Shown piece after piece: positions 46,710-57,115 of a stretch of 64,000 nt of DNA (the stretch's first letter is position 1; each line of letters opens with the position of its first letter). The notes under the pieces are model-generated. The model saw only the letters and a program-made list of their open reading frames with translations, did no database searches and had not been told where the DNA came from. Made by a program: the position numbers and the translations under genes. Source of the stretch: a virus; the IMG/VR virus record IMGVR_UViG_3300007513_000005, one strand, 5' to 3'.

Positions 46710-49700
46710 TTAATCTTCAAATGATGCACCTGAATTGGTGATCATGAAGTCGATCGCAATGAACTCAATTGCTCTGGCAGGCTTCAAGAAGATCTTTGCG
46801 TACATGATATTTCTATCAATCAAATCTGGTGTCGTTGTTGTCTCATCAAGTACAACCTTGAATTCCGTCAAACCAAATCTAGACTTTACACCGTCCAGGA
46901 AAGGTTCTACAGAACCACGGAATCTATCCCATGTTGCTTGTACGTTCTGATCGAAAAGCAACGTTGCTGCTCTTCTTGACACCTCTTTCTTGATGTAGAT
47001 CATCAAGCGACGTACATTAATTCTATCAAGTGCTGAAGGCGTTGCTTGAAGCGTCTTCTGACCAAACACCACAATGCCCTCTGCTGGGAACTGCGCGATT
47101 GGGTTAATATTCGCCTCATATAGATCGTCTCTCTCTTTCGAAGAAACTCTCTGAGATACTGCAAGTACTGGCAGACCGCCAGCACCCTCTGACAATCCAC
47201 CTCTGGTGAACCCTGCAGGTGCGAACCATAACTCAGATCTTGCCTGAGTGCTACCAAACGTTCCAAGTGCCACAACTGACGGTGGTACCCAAATCTGTCG
47301 GTCGCTGATCTGGTCAGAGACCTTAACCCAAGGATAGAAAGCACAAGCATAACTTGAGTTCAACCCTCTGTTCTCTATATTGTCAACTGCTGTTCTGACC
47401 TTTGAATTCTGAATTCGGGTCTTGAAGTCATCAGTATTCTCTGTTGATGGAATATAACCGCCTGCCTCGATATCAATGACAGCGAGAGTGTCTGCGCGGT
47501 CCTCACACGTTCTAATCATGTGATTTGTTATTCTCGTGTTCGTGATGCCTGGGATGGCAAGAGCGTTCATCTCTACCACCTCTGGATCTGCGACAGCGTC
47601 GATGCCGCGCTTAAGTGTCGCGATTTCGTATGCTGTTGTCTCGTCACCAGAAGAGAACTTGGAATTTCTAAATGGTTCCTTCTCCGTAATATCAAAACCA
47701 TCAAACCCACCATATACTGGGCAAGTGAATTTTGCGAACCCTGCCTTAACTAGGTCCTTATATCCACCTCTCTTGGCGGTGTAGGACTTGTTGAGTGCTC
47801 TAGATCCACTGACATATACCGCTGTGCCAACATCTACTGGAGTGATTGACCCCTGGTTCTTACCAAGGTTAGATGCCAGAGATCCCGACTTACTTACTAT
47901 GATAAGGTCATCCAAAGTGAACATGAATGAATTCTCTACCTTTGCGGATGCTGCAGAGGCGTCATAAACACCTGCGCCCAAGAACCCACTACCCATGCGG
48001 CGAGTAATGTCGACGAACGAAGGATCGAACTTTGTATCTGTTGGTGTTCTGTATGTCGAAACACCAAAGAATGAGTTCTTCGGATTTGACAGACCCTCTT
48101 CAGATGCTGAAAGTCTCATTGGTAATGTTGGATAGACCAACGATGCAGTCAATTTCTGTGGGAATCCCAAATAAGGGATGTTCGTACTACCTGCTGACTT
48201 GATACCTGTTGCGCTTGTGCCAGCGACTACGTCTGACGATGCGGCTAAAATAGCGGACCCAGTTGCTGCGCCCATAAATTTACCTTCGCCATTACTTCCA
48301 GAATCATGTACGGTAAATGCGCCAAATCCAGTTGCAACCTTGGTTTCGCCTGTAGCGATTGTACCCGTCTTGTATCTAGGCGGACCATAGAAACCGAATG
48401 GCATACTGATCGGATCGGTAACACCGTTATCAACATCCTGATCAACCAACACTCTAAAGAATGAAGAGTTGTTGTCATAATTACCGTAAACCCTGTATCT
48501 CTTGTCTGTTTCGTCCCACTCTCTGTACTTGTCACCGACTTTACGTCCGATATAGTTACTAGAGTTAGGGTTTAGATTACACTGTGAGAATCTCTCCAAA
48601 ACAACTGGCCTTGCATCGTTGTCAGAAATTCTTCTGACCAACACTGAAAATGTTCCGTAAGGATCTACGTCATTACCTGCCTTTACATCGGTAATTGAAA
48701 CTTTTAAGTTTCTGGTGTTCCACCCACCGTCGTTAATACCAACAAATCTAAACAACTTCTGCATCGCCGCTGCTTTGTATCCAGTACCAATAGCATTTAA
48801 ATCCTGAGAAAAGATCCAAGGCGTTCTAGAGTCCTGGTGGGCGATTGCTCTTACCATGCCGCTTGTCGTACTATGAAGAGGTACAATCATAGCGCATAGG
48901 GAACTATCAGCAGATAACTCGCCTTTGTGAAGCGATCCACTGGTTCCTAAGAATCCGTGCGTGTCTTTAGCAAATCTGTCGAATGACTCTCCCAACCAGT
49001 ATTTTGTTAATCCTGCTGCCTGAGTCGTGTCACCGTTTGTCAGTGTAGGGTTCGTGTTGAACACCTTTCTAATATATTTGTCCGAATTTCTATCAAAGTT
49101 GAAGGTTACTCTTCTTTCTGCCTTTGCGCCGTCTGTAAGAAGTGCTGAGAACTCCATTTTTGATGAATCCGTCGATTGTACAAGTACGTGAGAACCAGTG
49201 CCGTGGATACGTGCGCCTGGCCAGTGTGCTTTTTCACCAGCAAGGTGTCCAATGGTGCCCGTCAATGCCATTGCGCCCTTTTGGAAGTACCAAACAGCGG
49301 CAAGGTTACCTTCCATTGCTCTGTTTTGGTTTAGTTTCTCACCTTGTGATGTGATTGAGGCATTTTCCCCAACTAAACTGCTACGTCGGTCAACACCGCC
49401 CGTAGAAAAAAGATACAAACCATAAACTGCTGATTTGGTGTCATCGACAGCAGATGCATCCAAAGACTGATCTAGCGTCCAACCTGCGGCGCCAGCTGAA
49501 GTTGCTTGCGGGTCTTCTGTGCCCAACAATCTAACGACATTAACAGGCCCCGCGTTTTTCAAAAATGCTTGGGCAGCATATGCGGCGTAAGTTGGCGCAG
49601 TTTCGTTGCCTTCTCTCCAAACATCACCACCCTTACCTCCTGGGATTGGGTTGCCAAACACTTCAATGAATTGTGACATGCTATCGACCCTAAGAGGGAT

Positions 49701-49832
49701 CATACCTGGACCTTTTGCTAGGCGACCAACGATCGTTGGACCTACGTCCTCTGGCTCTCTTGCCAATTGTGAGTTATCGATCTCATTGAGAAAGATACCT
49801 GGGGATACAAATTTAAATCTCTTTACAGACAT
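46710..49832 (-). CDS. Contractile tail sheath protein (gp18-like, 1040 aa)
   Basis: SPGIFLNEID N-terminus; WFAPAGFTRG, INPI, VVFGQKT, DRINVRRL, PARAIEFI C-terminus. Confidence 0.96.
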   Translation of the reverse strand: MSVKRFKFVSPGIFLNEIDNSQLAREPEDVGPTIVGRLAKGPGMIPLRVDSMSQFIEVFGNPIPGGKGGDVWREGNETAPTYAAYAAQAFLKNAGPVNVVRLLGTEDPQATSAGAAGWTLDQSLDASAVDDTKSAVYGLYLFSTGGVDRRSSLVGENASITSQGEKLNQNRAMEGNLAAVWYFQKGAMALTGTIGHLAGEKAHWPGARIHGTGSHVLVQSTDSSKMEFSALLTDGAKAERRVTFNFDRNSDKYIRKVFNTNPTLTNGDTTQAAGLTKYWLGESFDRFAKDTHGFLGTSGSLHKGELSADSSLCAMIVPLHSTTSGMVRAIAHQDSRTPWIFSQDLNAIGTGYKAAAMQKLFRFVGINDGGWNTRNLKVSITDVKAGNDVDPYGTFSVLVRRISDNDARPVVLERFSQCNLNPNSSNYIGRKVGDKYREWDETDKRYRVYGNYDNNSSFFRVLVDQDVDNGVTDPISMPFGFYGPPRYKTGTIATGETKVATGFGAFTVHDSGSNGEGKFMGAATGSAILAASSDVVAGTSATGIKSAGSTNIPYLGFPQKLTASLVYPTLPMRLSASEEGLSNPKNSFFGVSTYRTPTDTKFDPSFVDITRRMGSGFLGAGVYDASAASAKVENSFMFTLDDLIIVSKSGSLASNLGKNQGSITPVDVGTAVYVSGSRALNKSYTAKRGGYKDLVKAGFAKFTCPVYGGFDGFDITEKEPFRNSKFSSGDETTAYEIATLKRGIDAVADPEVVEMNALAIPGITNTRITNHMIRTCEDRADTLAVIDIEAGGYIPSTENTDDFKTRIQNSKVRTAVDNIENRGLNSSYACAFYPWVKVSDQISDRQIWVPPSVVALGTFGSTQARSELWFAPAGFTRGGLSEGAGGLPVLAVSQRVSSKERDDLYEANINPIAQFPAEGIVVFGQKTLQATPSALDRINVRRLMIYIKKEVSRRAATLLFDQNVQATWDRFRGSVEPFLDGVKSRFGLTEFKVVLDETTTTPDLIDRNIMYAKIFLKPARAIEFIAIDFMITNSGASFED

Positions 49833-49887
49833 ACTGGAAATCTCCTTATAACGAAAAATTACAAAATATTATTTATTTTCTCTCTAT

Positions 49888-49895
49888 TAAATAGT
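49888..49895 (-). promoter_or_regulatory. Putative late promoter motif ACTATTTA
   Basis: Upstream of the sheath gene, just after a terminator. Confidence 0.65.
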
Positions 49896-49920
49896 CTTTG
49901 AAAATTCCAAAAGTTAGTAA

Positions 49921-49960
49921 AAGAAACAAGAAAAGGAAGTGGGGGGCGTGAGCCCCCCAT
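49921..49960 (-). terminator. Rho-independent terminator after the long fibre gene
   Basis: GGGGGGC-TCAC-GCCCCCC hairpin followed by a pyrimidine/T tract. Confidence 0.8.
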
Positions 49961-49973
49961 TTAGGTAGGTTTA

Positions 49974-52900
49974 TTATAATGTCTGTGATCCAGATAGGTA
50001 CTGAACTACCACAACATCATCAGCGTCCATTGTAAGGGTTTCATGCAAGAAAACCTCGCCGCCGTTATAGTCGATTCTATAGTCACCGTCTCTTGGGTTA
50101 CCTGCAACGCCGTTACTCTTCACAAGAAGAAGACCATTGAAGTAAACCATCTCCGAACCAGACACCATTGAGATGTAAGATCCTGAAGGAGGTAGAGAAC
50201 AGGTTGTATATAGCGATCCAGAACCCTGAGTTGGCTGTGATCTATTCACAATCTTCTTAGAAGATCTACTGAATATTCTTCTGTGCCAACCGACGCTCAA
50301 CTGACCATTGTTGAATACAAGTCCACCATGTGAATTGGTTGCGCTTTTAACGATATCGCAATTGAGATGCGCTTTCTTGATCACATCATTTGTAACAATA
50401 TCATTCAACTGCAATTTATCAACAGTGAGCGTATGCGGTGTTGTTTTGGATCCAGACAATATATCTGAAGTTATCTTATGGATCGTTGCCGTTCCAGAAC
50501 CAGAAATGGTTGACGTTGCCGTCAACGTTCTAACTTCAATCTTGTCAACATCAAGTAAGTGTCCATCTACAGTAGAACCAGACACCGTACTAGTGATCGT
50601 CATTGACACGCCGTCAACATCGTTACCAGTAAGTTTGTCTGTATCTAGGGTATGCGCCTGAACGGTTGTACCCGAGACTGTTGTAAACGTAGCTGAGGTG
50701 CCATCCAGATCTCCAATGTTTGCTTGATTTGAATCAATTTCAAAGATCTGTGCGAGAGCACCCGTTACAGTCTGCGCATTGAAGGTAGAACCACTCATAA
50801 TCGAGTCCTGGTTACCGATCGCAGTGTTGATTGTTACAGTGTGGAAAATACCCACTGAACCAGAGATAGATCCCGTGACACCAAATCTCTGACCACCATC
50901 ACTGACAGAACCACTCAAGGAAGCACCCTGTGTTGATCCGATCTTTAACAAGAGATCAAGTCCTGCTCCAGAACCAGCGTCACCCATAACAATACTTGCT
51001 ACGCCAGCTGAACCAGTACCTGCTGTACCACCAATCTGAAGACCAGCGCCTTCGGCGGCCACGCCTGTTGAACCACTTGCGTACGCAATGTACTGCTTTT
51101 GTGGAACTTCGAAGTGTTCAGATGTTGTCACGCCAGAAGTAATCTTTCTAGCTGAAAGGTCATCTACCACAATCTTGTAGAACTTACCAGATGAACCTGA
51201 TATGTCATTACCAGTAACAACATGGAGGTTCGAAGTTCCAGAAGATGTGATATTGGTTGCGACTACCTTGCGGAAATCACCCTCATCACCATCAATCTTG
51301 TGAATTACTGACGTTCCAGAAGATGTGACTACGTTTGCGGTTGCCTTATTAAAGGTACCTTCGTCCACGTCTGTCTTATGGAATGTAGAAGTTCCAGAAC
51401 CAGTAACGACTGTTGCAATAACCTTGCGGAAATCACCTTCGTCTGAATCAAGTTTATGAATTTGTGCCGTTCCAGAACCAGTGATCATATAAGCAGCACT
51501 TGCTCTAGCAGTGGAGAATTTAACCCCACCGAACGTTCCCTCATCAACATTAATCTGGTGGATCGATGCTGTACCTGAACCAGAGATCACAGAAGCGCCT
51601 GAATCTAGGTTTAATTTTCCTACTGTCAATGCATCAACATCACCCTTATGAAGGGTAGACTCTGCTGTAGACGACGCGGTTAACACACTTAAGTATGTCG
51701 TTCCGTACTTGTTTCCAGCTGCACCAAGATTGAGTCCGCCATCAGTAGATGGTTGAAGTGTTGTTGCAGTTAGATCCAATTCGTCTGTTCCGTTAATGTT
51801 CAACTTAAGTGTAGTTTTTGCATTAACCGTCAAAGTAGTTTTGGCACTAGAATAAATCTCGCCAGTAGATCCTGAAACACCAGTATAAGCAAAAACTACT
51901 TTACCAGCATTTGAAGCAGTCAAATGTACACCATCTGTGGTAATCTTAGCGATACCATCGAAACCACTTCCGTCGTTATACTGAATTGCTCCTTCATTAC
52001 CTCTCGCTGCATTCGAGAGAGATAGTGCAGTCTTCAGTTGAGTAAAACTAAATGCCTTGGTTTCATTGTCTGATGCGTCACCACAATAAAAATAATCACC
52101 ATTCACAAAGTCAACGTGATCGTTTCTTGCCTGTGCTGATGTATCCAAATGAACAACCTGAACAGATCCAGATCCAATATCATCTCTCTGTACTGTACTC
52201 GAACCTAACTTAACTGTTGTTACGACACCATCTTTTATTAACTTGGTGCCTATCTTTGTTACTGCCATTGATGCTCCTCCTACGGCTATGTAATCGCTAA
52301 ATGAGCTGGCGGTTACGTGTACCTGCCCGCTATCAAAACTATACTTACTGGTGGCGAGTTCTGCCCATGCACTGGAAGCGTTCGACCTTCTAAAGATTCT
52401 TATTGCCGATGTGCTACCTGTGATGTTCCAAGATAGAATCGCAGGACTACTAAAAGATGTACCGTGAGGAACAAATCTAATAATGTCTGACGATGCTCTT
52501 GGAGCAATAATCGCTGTACCTAATGCTGAAATATCCGTTGTCGCTGTGCCTTTGCCAGCACTTTGAGATAGAATCGCTACTGTTACAGTGGTGTTACCAG
52601 ATAGCGCTCCAGCTGGGATATTTGCTTGAGCGGAAGGGTTAGTGTCAGTGTTACCTGCTTGTACCAATCCACCGTTTGCTGCCACAACAGAACTAGACAC
52701 CTCGCCATCAATGGCGGTGGGTTCCACAGCACCTTCGGTTCCCAGACCTGTTGTAAAGACATGAAAGTTTGTCGCAGACTGGTTAAGGGAAGCGTTTCTG
52801 CCTGGTTCCAAAGAAAGTATACCACCTCCAATAAAGATCTGCCCTGGGGCACGATCTTCTGGGTTGGTGTTGTAAATCTCTGCCATACCAGATTGAGTTA

Positions 52901-53963
52901 GAAACTCCGATCTCCACCCACCTGGATATCCTCCAGTGTTTGATCCATTCTCTAGAACATACACAGAGTCAATCGTAAGTGTATCGTGGTAAGTCGCATC
53001 CATTCTGTAGAATATCGAACCCTTATAGTGCTTCGAACTGTAACCAGTCAAAGCTCCCGAACCACCGTCGAAAGAGGACCCAGTCAAAGTATATGCTGGT
53101 TGATTTTGTCCAGAATATCCCTGCGATGAAGATGCGTGAACTTCTACTTGTGCGTTGTTGAAAATGAGAAGTGAATTACTTGCCGTATGCCACTCCATAG
53201 TCATACCAAAGTAAGAACTTGCCTGAGAACCAGTTATTGAGTATGCTGATGCTGCACCAGCACTTGGAACGTATGATGGCCATCCGTCCAAACTGGATCC
53301 TGTTCTTTGAACAATCCAAACTTTATTGTTGTTGGAATCGCCAACTGCGAATTCGTCATTTGTTCTCAACCATCTCGCAGAATAAACATCCTTTGAGGAT
53401 TGGTTCGTAACTCGCACTGTTTGTGTCCAGTTCCAACCCGCATCGGCGTCGTCTGCAGAACCCGAGTTGAAGACCCAGACATACTGATCGCCAGCAGAAC
53501 CAGGTTCATGGTATGCCAACAATGCGTCTTTGTCCGCACTTATCTCAAGTTTCCAATTTGTTGCGCCTGATGAGTTGTCATTTCTGGTTATGACCTTGTG
53601 AAGACCAAAGTCGACGCCGCCGGCTGATGCCGTGACAATCCCCATTTCTTCGTATGCGTCATTTGTTGTAAAAATAAACTCTTTGTTGTTAACCCACACA
53701 AGATCGATCAATCCACTTGTTGTTCTCTGTGGGACAGAGGATATTAGATCCCAGACACCATTCGATCCAGACTTTCTAACATCAATACCGTGATTTAAAC
53801 TTGAGTCGTTGTTCCTATACCTAGTAGGAATAATCATCAACTCCCCGTTTGGACTAACCAAACCTGAACGATAACTTCTGGCATCTGCTGAACTCAATGA
53901 AGAGGAAACTGGTCCTCTCGTGTTTAGCACTCCAGCCTTATTATCTAATATTGTATAAGCCAT
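49974..53963 (-). CDS. Long fibre/adhesin: beta-propeller-like head + ZU5-like domain + repeated fibre module + C-terminal beta module
   Basis: Propeller-like N-terminus; ANIPAGALSG...FVPHGTSFSSPAILS ZU5 pattern; from Met566 collinear with the 758-aa neighbour; 26-aa repeats. Confidence 0.75.
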   Translation of the reverse strand: MAYTILDNKAGVLNTRGPVSSSLSSADARSYRSGLVSPNGELMIIPTRYRNNDSSLNHGIDVRKSGSNGVWDLISSVPQRTTSGLIDLVWVNNKEFIFTTNDAYEEMGIVTASAGGVDFGLHKVITRNDNSSGATNWKLEISADKDALLAYHEPGSAGDQYVWVFNSGSADDADAGWNWTQTVRVTNQSSKDVYSARWLRTNDEFAVGDSNNNKVWIVQRTGSSLDGWPSYVPSAGAASAYSITGSQASSYFGMTMEWHTASNSLLIFNNAQVEVHASSSQGYSGQNQPAYTLTGSSFDGGSGALTGYSSKHYKGSIFYRMDATYHDTLTIDSVYVLENGSNTGGYPGGWRSEFLTQSGMAEIYNTNPEDRAPGQIFIGGGILSLEPGRNASLNQSATNFHVFTTGLGTEGAVEPTAIDGEVSSSVVAANGGLVQAGNTDTNPSAQANIPAGALSGNTTVTVAILSQSAGKGTATTDISALGTAIIAPRASSDIIRFVPHGTSFSSPAILSWNITGSTSAIRIFRRSNASSAWAELATSKYSFDSGQVHVTASSFSDYIAVGGASMAVTKIGTKLIKDGVVTTVKLGSSTVQRDDIGSGSVQVVHLDTSAQARNDHVDFVNGDYFYCGDASDNETKAFSFTQLKTALSLSNAARGNEGAIQYNDGSGFDGIAKITTDGVHLTASNAGKVVFAYTGVSGSTGEIYSSAKTTLTVNAKTTLKLNINGTDELDLTATTLQPSTDGGLNLGAAGNKYGTTYLSVLTASSTAESTLHKGDVDALTVGKLNLDSGASVISGSGTASIHQINVDEGTFGGVKFSTARASAAYMITGSGTAQIHKLDSDEGDFRKVIATVVTGSGTSTFHKTDVDEGTFNKATANVVTSSGTSVIHKIDGDEGDFRKVVATNITSSGTSNLHVVTGNDISGSSGKFYKIVVDDLSARKITSGVTTSEHFEVPQKQYIAYASGSTGVAAEGAGLQIGGTAGTGSAGVASIVMGDAGSGAGLDLLLKIGSTQGASLSGSVSDGGQRFGVTGSISGSVGIFHTVTINTAIGNQDSIMSGSTFNAQTVTGALAQIFEIDSNQANIGDLDGTSATFTTVSGTTVQAHTLDTDKLTGNDVDGVSMTITSTVSGSTVDGHLLDVDKIEVRTLTATSTISGSGTATIHKITSDILSGSKTTPHTLTVDKLQLNDIVTNDVIKKAHLNCDIVKSATNSHGGLVFNNGQLSVGWHRRIFSRSSKKIVNRSQPTQGSGSLYTTCSLPPSGSYISMVSGSEMVYFNGLLLVKSNGVAGNPRDGDYRIDYNGGEVFLHETLTMDADDVVVVQYLSGSQTL
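52274..52281 (-). promoter_or_regulatory. Internal Shine-Dalgarno AGGAGGAG, 5 nt before the in-frame ATG at 52268
   Basis: AGGAGGAG-CATCA-ATG GCA GTA ACA AAG; the product begins MAVTKIGTKL, like the paralog start MAKTKIGTKL. Confidence 0.65.
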
Positions 53964-54015
53964 AATTTAATTATTCTCCTTTTGTTATTATGTAAAATAA
54001 AATAACAAACACATA

Positions 54016-54049
54016 AACGAAACAAGAGGGGGGGTTACCCCCCTCAAAA
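54016..54049 (-). terminator. Terminator-like hairpin between the two fibre genes
   Basis: GAGGGGGG-TAA-CCCCCCCTC stem with a T-rich tail. Confidence 0.75.
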
Positions 54050-54056
54050 CTAAGAC

Positions 54057-56333
54057 TTAAGAGATCGTTCCCGAGAGAAACTGAACGACAAGAATATCGT
54101 CAGCATCCATAGTAAGACTCTCGTGCAATTCAACTGTCACAGGACCATTGCTGCTGTTGTAGTCAATGGTATAGTCACCGTCGACTGGCGGTCGCTGCGT
54201 TGCTGGTGCAGGGATGAGAAGAACACCATTTAGGTATACCATCTCGGAACCTGACATGATGATCGTCGGAGCCCCGCTTGTTGTTGCCAAAGATGCAGTC
54301 GTATATAGAGAACCAGAACCCTGTGCAGGTGCTGCTGCTCTGTTTGCAACAGATGTATCTCTAGAGAAAATCTGTCTCTGGTGTCCAATACTCAAAACAC
54401 CGTTTGCAAAGTTAAGTCCACCGTTACCGTTGTCTATATCATAAACAATATCTCTGTTTAAGTTTGCTGCCTTGACAACATCAGTCGAAACGATAACACC
54501 CACGTTCAATTTGTCTGTGTCCACATTGTGTGCGGTCAAGACTGAACCAGATAATACATCTGAAGTTACCTTGTGGATTGTTGCTGTTGCTGAACCAGAA
54601 ATGGTCGATGTTGCATCTATTCTTCTAACCTCGATCTTATCGACGTCAAGAAGGTGAGCATCAACGGTCGAACCAGATACTGTTCCCGTGAATGTTGCAG
54701 AAGTTCCGTCAAGATCCTGAACGGTTACCTTGTCTGCATCAGTCGTGTGAGCCTGAACAGTTGTACCAGATACCGTAGTAAAGGTAGCAGATGTACCGTC
54801 CAAGTCAAGGATGCTTGCCTGGTCTGCATCAATCTCGTGATACTGTACAATCGTACCTGACAAGGTGTGGAATGTACCCTTAGAACCAGAGAATGATGTT
54901 GCCGTCAATCCCTTCGCTACGTCCAATTCCTGGAAAATACCAAGAGATGCTGAAAGTGTACCAGACACACCAAATAATACTGCGTCATTCTTTCTACCAC
55001 CTGTGGTTGAAAGCGAGAGACCCTGTGTGGAACCAATCTTGAAAAGAAGATCAGAACCAGCGCCGCCGCCTGCGTTACCCAAGATTACACTTGCGATACC
55101 GCTTGAACCAGAACCTGCAGTGCCACCAATCTGAAGGCCTGCGCCCTCAACAGAATCACCTGCGGATCCTGATGCCGCAGCAATGATCTGCTTATTAACG
55201 ATTTCAAAATGCTCTGAAGTCGTAATGCTGGATTTGTACGTTCTTGCGTCAAGAACATCTACAACCAACTTGCGGAACTTACCAGAAGAACCAGAGAGTT
55301 CATCTGCCGTTACGACATGGAGGTTTGATGTACCAGAAGACGTAATGTTTGTAGCAACTACCTTACGGAAGTCGCCTTCGTCGCCGTCAATCTTATGGAA
55401 GAGCGATGTGCCCGAACCAGATACGACAGTACCGATAATCTTGTTAAAGGTACCTTCGTCAACATCAACCTTGTGAAAGAGTGAAGTGCCTGAACCTGTA
55501 ACCACAGGTGCGATAACCTTATTGAAAGTACCCTCATCTACGTCAACCTTGTGAATCTGTGCGGTTGCCGAAGCAGAGAGGTTTGTTGTCTTTACAACAT
55601 TAAATGTTGCGTCATCTACGTCCAACTTGTGAAGCGTAGAGGTACCAGAACCAGTGATGGTTGTTGCTGTTACCTTTCTTGCGTCAAGACTATCTACATC
55701 CAACTTGTGGATTGTGGAAGTTCCTGAACCAGATACTGCATCAAGATACAGTGTTCCGTATTTCTTTGCTGCTGCACCGAGGTTGAGTCCACCGTCCGAA
55801 GAAGGCTGAAGTGTTGTTGCATTTAGGTCCAACTCATCGGTTCCGTTGATATTGAACTTTAATGTCGTCTTTGCATTGACCGTCAAAGTGGTTTTAGCGC
55901 TAGAATAAATCTCGCCAGTAGAACCTGAAATTGCAGTGTATGCAAACACTACCTTACCGCCGTCAGAAGCGGTCAAGTGAACACCGTCTGTTCTAATCTT
56001 TGAGATAGCGTCCATCGCATTTGTGCCGCCTTCGCCGTGAAACTGAATGTGTCCTTCGTTACCGACAGCTGCATTAGATGCTGAAACCGCTGCTTTGAGG
56101 TGTGCGAACGTGACCGTCCTCATGCCACCGCTTTTGCCCTTAGATGCGGATACGATTAAGACGTCGGCATCCTCAAGATGCGCCACGTCGCTACGTGCTT
56201 GGAATAGGTCTAAGTGACCGACTTGAACTGAACCTGATGCGATCTTATCGCGAGTTACTGCGGAAGTATTTAACTTCGCAGTTGTGATGGCACTATTTGC
56301 CAATAGTTTTGTGCCAATTTTTGTTTTAGCCAT
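54057..56333 (-). CDS. Fibre protein paralog (758 aa) with 26-aa beta repeats
   Basis: HKVDVDEGTFNKxxxxVVxGSGTSLF repeats; shared N- and C-terminal modules with 49974..52268. Confidence 0.78.
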   Translation of the reverse strand: MAKTKIGTKLLANSAITTAKLNTSAVTRDKIASGSVQVGHLDLFQARSDVAHLEDADVLIVSASKGKSGGMRTVTFAHLKAAVSASNAAVGNEGHIQFHGEGGTNAMDAISKIRTDGVHLTASDGGKVVFAYTAISGSTGEIYSSAKTTLTVNAKTTLKFNINGTDELDLNATTLQPSSDGGLNLGAAAKKYGTLYLDAVSGSGTSTIHKLDVDSLDARKVTATTITGSGTSTLHKLDVDDATFNVVKTTNLSASATAQIHKVDVDEGTFNKVIAPVVTGSGTSLFHKVDVDEGTFNKIIGTVVSGSGTSLFHKIDGDEGDFRKVVATNITSSGTSNLHVVTADELSGSSGKFRKLVVDVLDARTYKSSITTSEHFEIVNKQIIAAASGSAGDSVEGAGLQIGGTAGSGSSGIASVILGNAGGGAGSDLLFKIGSTQGLSLSTTGGRKNDAVLFGVSGTLSASLGIFQELDVAKGLTATSFSGSKGTFHTLSGTIVQYHEIDADQASILDLDGTSATFTTVSGTTVQAHTTDADKVTVQDLDGTSATFTGTVSGSTVDAHLLDVDKIEVRRIDATSTISGSATATIHKVTSDVLSGSVLTAHNVDTDKLNVGVIVSTDVVKAANLNRDIVYDIDNGNGGLNFANGVLSIGHQRQIFSRDTSVANRAAAPAQGSGSLYTTASLATTSGAPTIIMSGSEMVYLNGVLLIPAPATQRPPVDGDYTIDYNSSNGPVTVELHESLTMDADDILVVQFLSGTIS

Positions 56334-56413
56334 TTTAATTGCTCCTTAGTGTATGTTTTTTATTTTTTCACTAACAAAAACCAACAGCACATTAAACGGA
56401 CTGGGTTTGTGAA

Positions 56414-56629
56414 TTACGAAAAGAGAACCTTCTTCAGATTTCTAACGTTATTATCAAACTTACAAAACTCACTATTCAAGAACTCTAACGAAAGAGCTTG
56501 GCACTCACCTAACCTATCATCAAACTCAAAATGAAACTTTCCTGAATCTAATCGCCTACATCTAATCAGGTTAATACCCTTTAACTGCAAGTAAGCGGCG
56601 ATTCCTATATCAGATGTTGTAAAATTCAT
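56414..56629 (-). CDS. DUF5659-like small protein
   Basis: TSDIGIAAYL...GKFHFEF pattern. Confidence 0.65.
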   Translation of the reverse strand: MNFTTSDIGIAAYLQLKGINLIRCRRLDSGKFHFEFDDRLGECQALSLEFLNSEFCKFDNNVRNLKKVLFS

Positions 56630-56647
56630 ATTATACCTCTCTCACTT

Positions 56648-56655
56648 TAAATAGT
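56648..56655 (-). promoter_or_regulatory. Putative late promoter motif ACTATTTA
   Basis: In the 28-nt intergenic gap before ORF 56629. Confidence 0.65.
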
Positions 56656-56657
56656 CT

Positions 56658-57098
56658 CTACTGCTTAACAAACGCTAAATTTCCTGTACCGTTGGAATCT
56701 AATTCCAATGTGTATCCTGCGTTTGGATCTAACTTATACTTTTCTCGAAGAAGTTGTAAGATTTGCTCATTACCTTCCCTGATTCTCTCAATCTCTTCTA
56801 ACATTAGAATTTTTTTCACCTCATGATCTCTCATGTAGATCCCATATTCAGTAAGTTTACCATTCATATTATCCCTACCATCGAGCAATGATTGGGTATC
56901 ATCTGGATATAAAACAACATAAGAGTCGTCAAAGGGTTCCTCTTCTTCCTCTTCTTCTTCTTCCCATTCTTCCTCAAGATCGTCGGGATCCATACCCGCC
57001 TTAAGGGTTTCTGCGGCAAGTAACGCCTTGTTGGCCAATTCTGGATTTTCTTCTTTCAAATCATCCAGCATTCCCAATAATTTATTTAAAACTGACAT
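56658..57098 (-). CDS. Hypothetical acidic protein
   Basis: Poly-Glu tract DDLEEEWEEEEEEEEEPFDD. Confidence 0.7.
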   Translation of the reverse strand: MSVLNKLLGMLDDLKEENPELANKALLAAETLKAGMDPDDLEEEWEEEEEEEEEPFDDSYVVLYPDDTQSLLDGRDNMNGKLTEYGIYMRDHEVKKILMLEEIERIREGNEQILQLLREKYKLDPNAGYTLELDSNGTGNLAFVKQ

Positions 57099-57115
57099 TC
57101 TCGCATCCTCCTTCT

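Noticed and set aside
49974-56333. Diversity-generating retroelement (template/variable repeat pair) in the duplicated fibre genes
   Set aside because: Differences are general synonymous changes and indels, not adenine-specific, and no reverse transcriptase is present in the window
56935-56975. (TCT/TCC)n microsatellite-like tract
   Set aside because: Simply encodes the poly-Glu stretch of ORF 56658..57098
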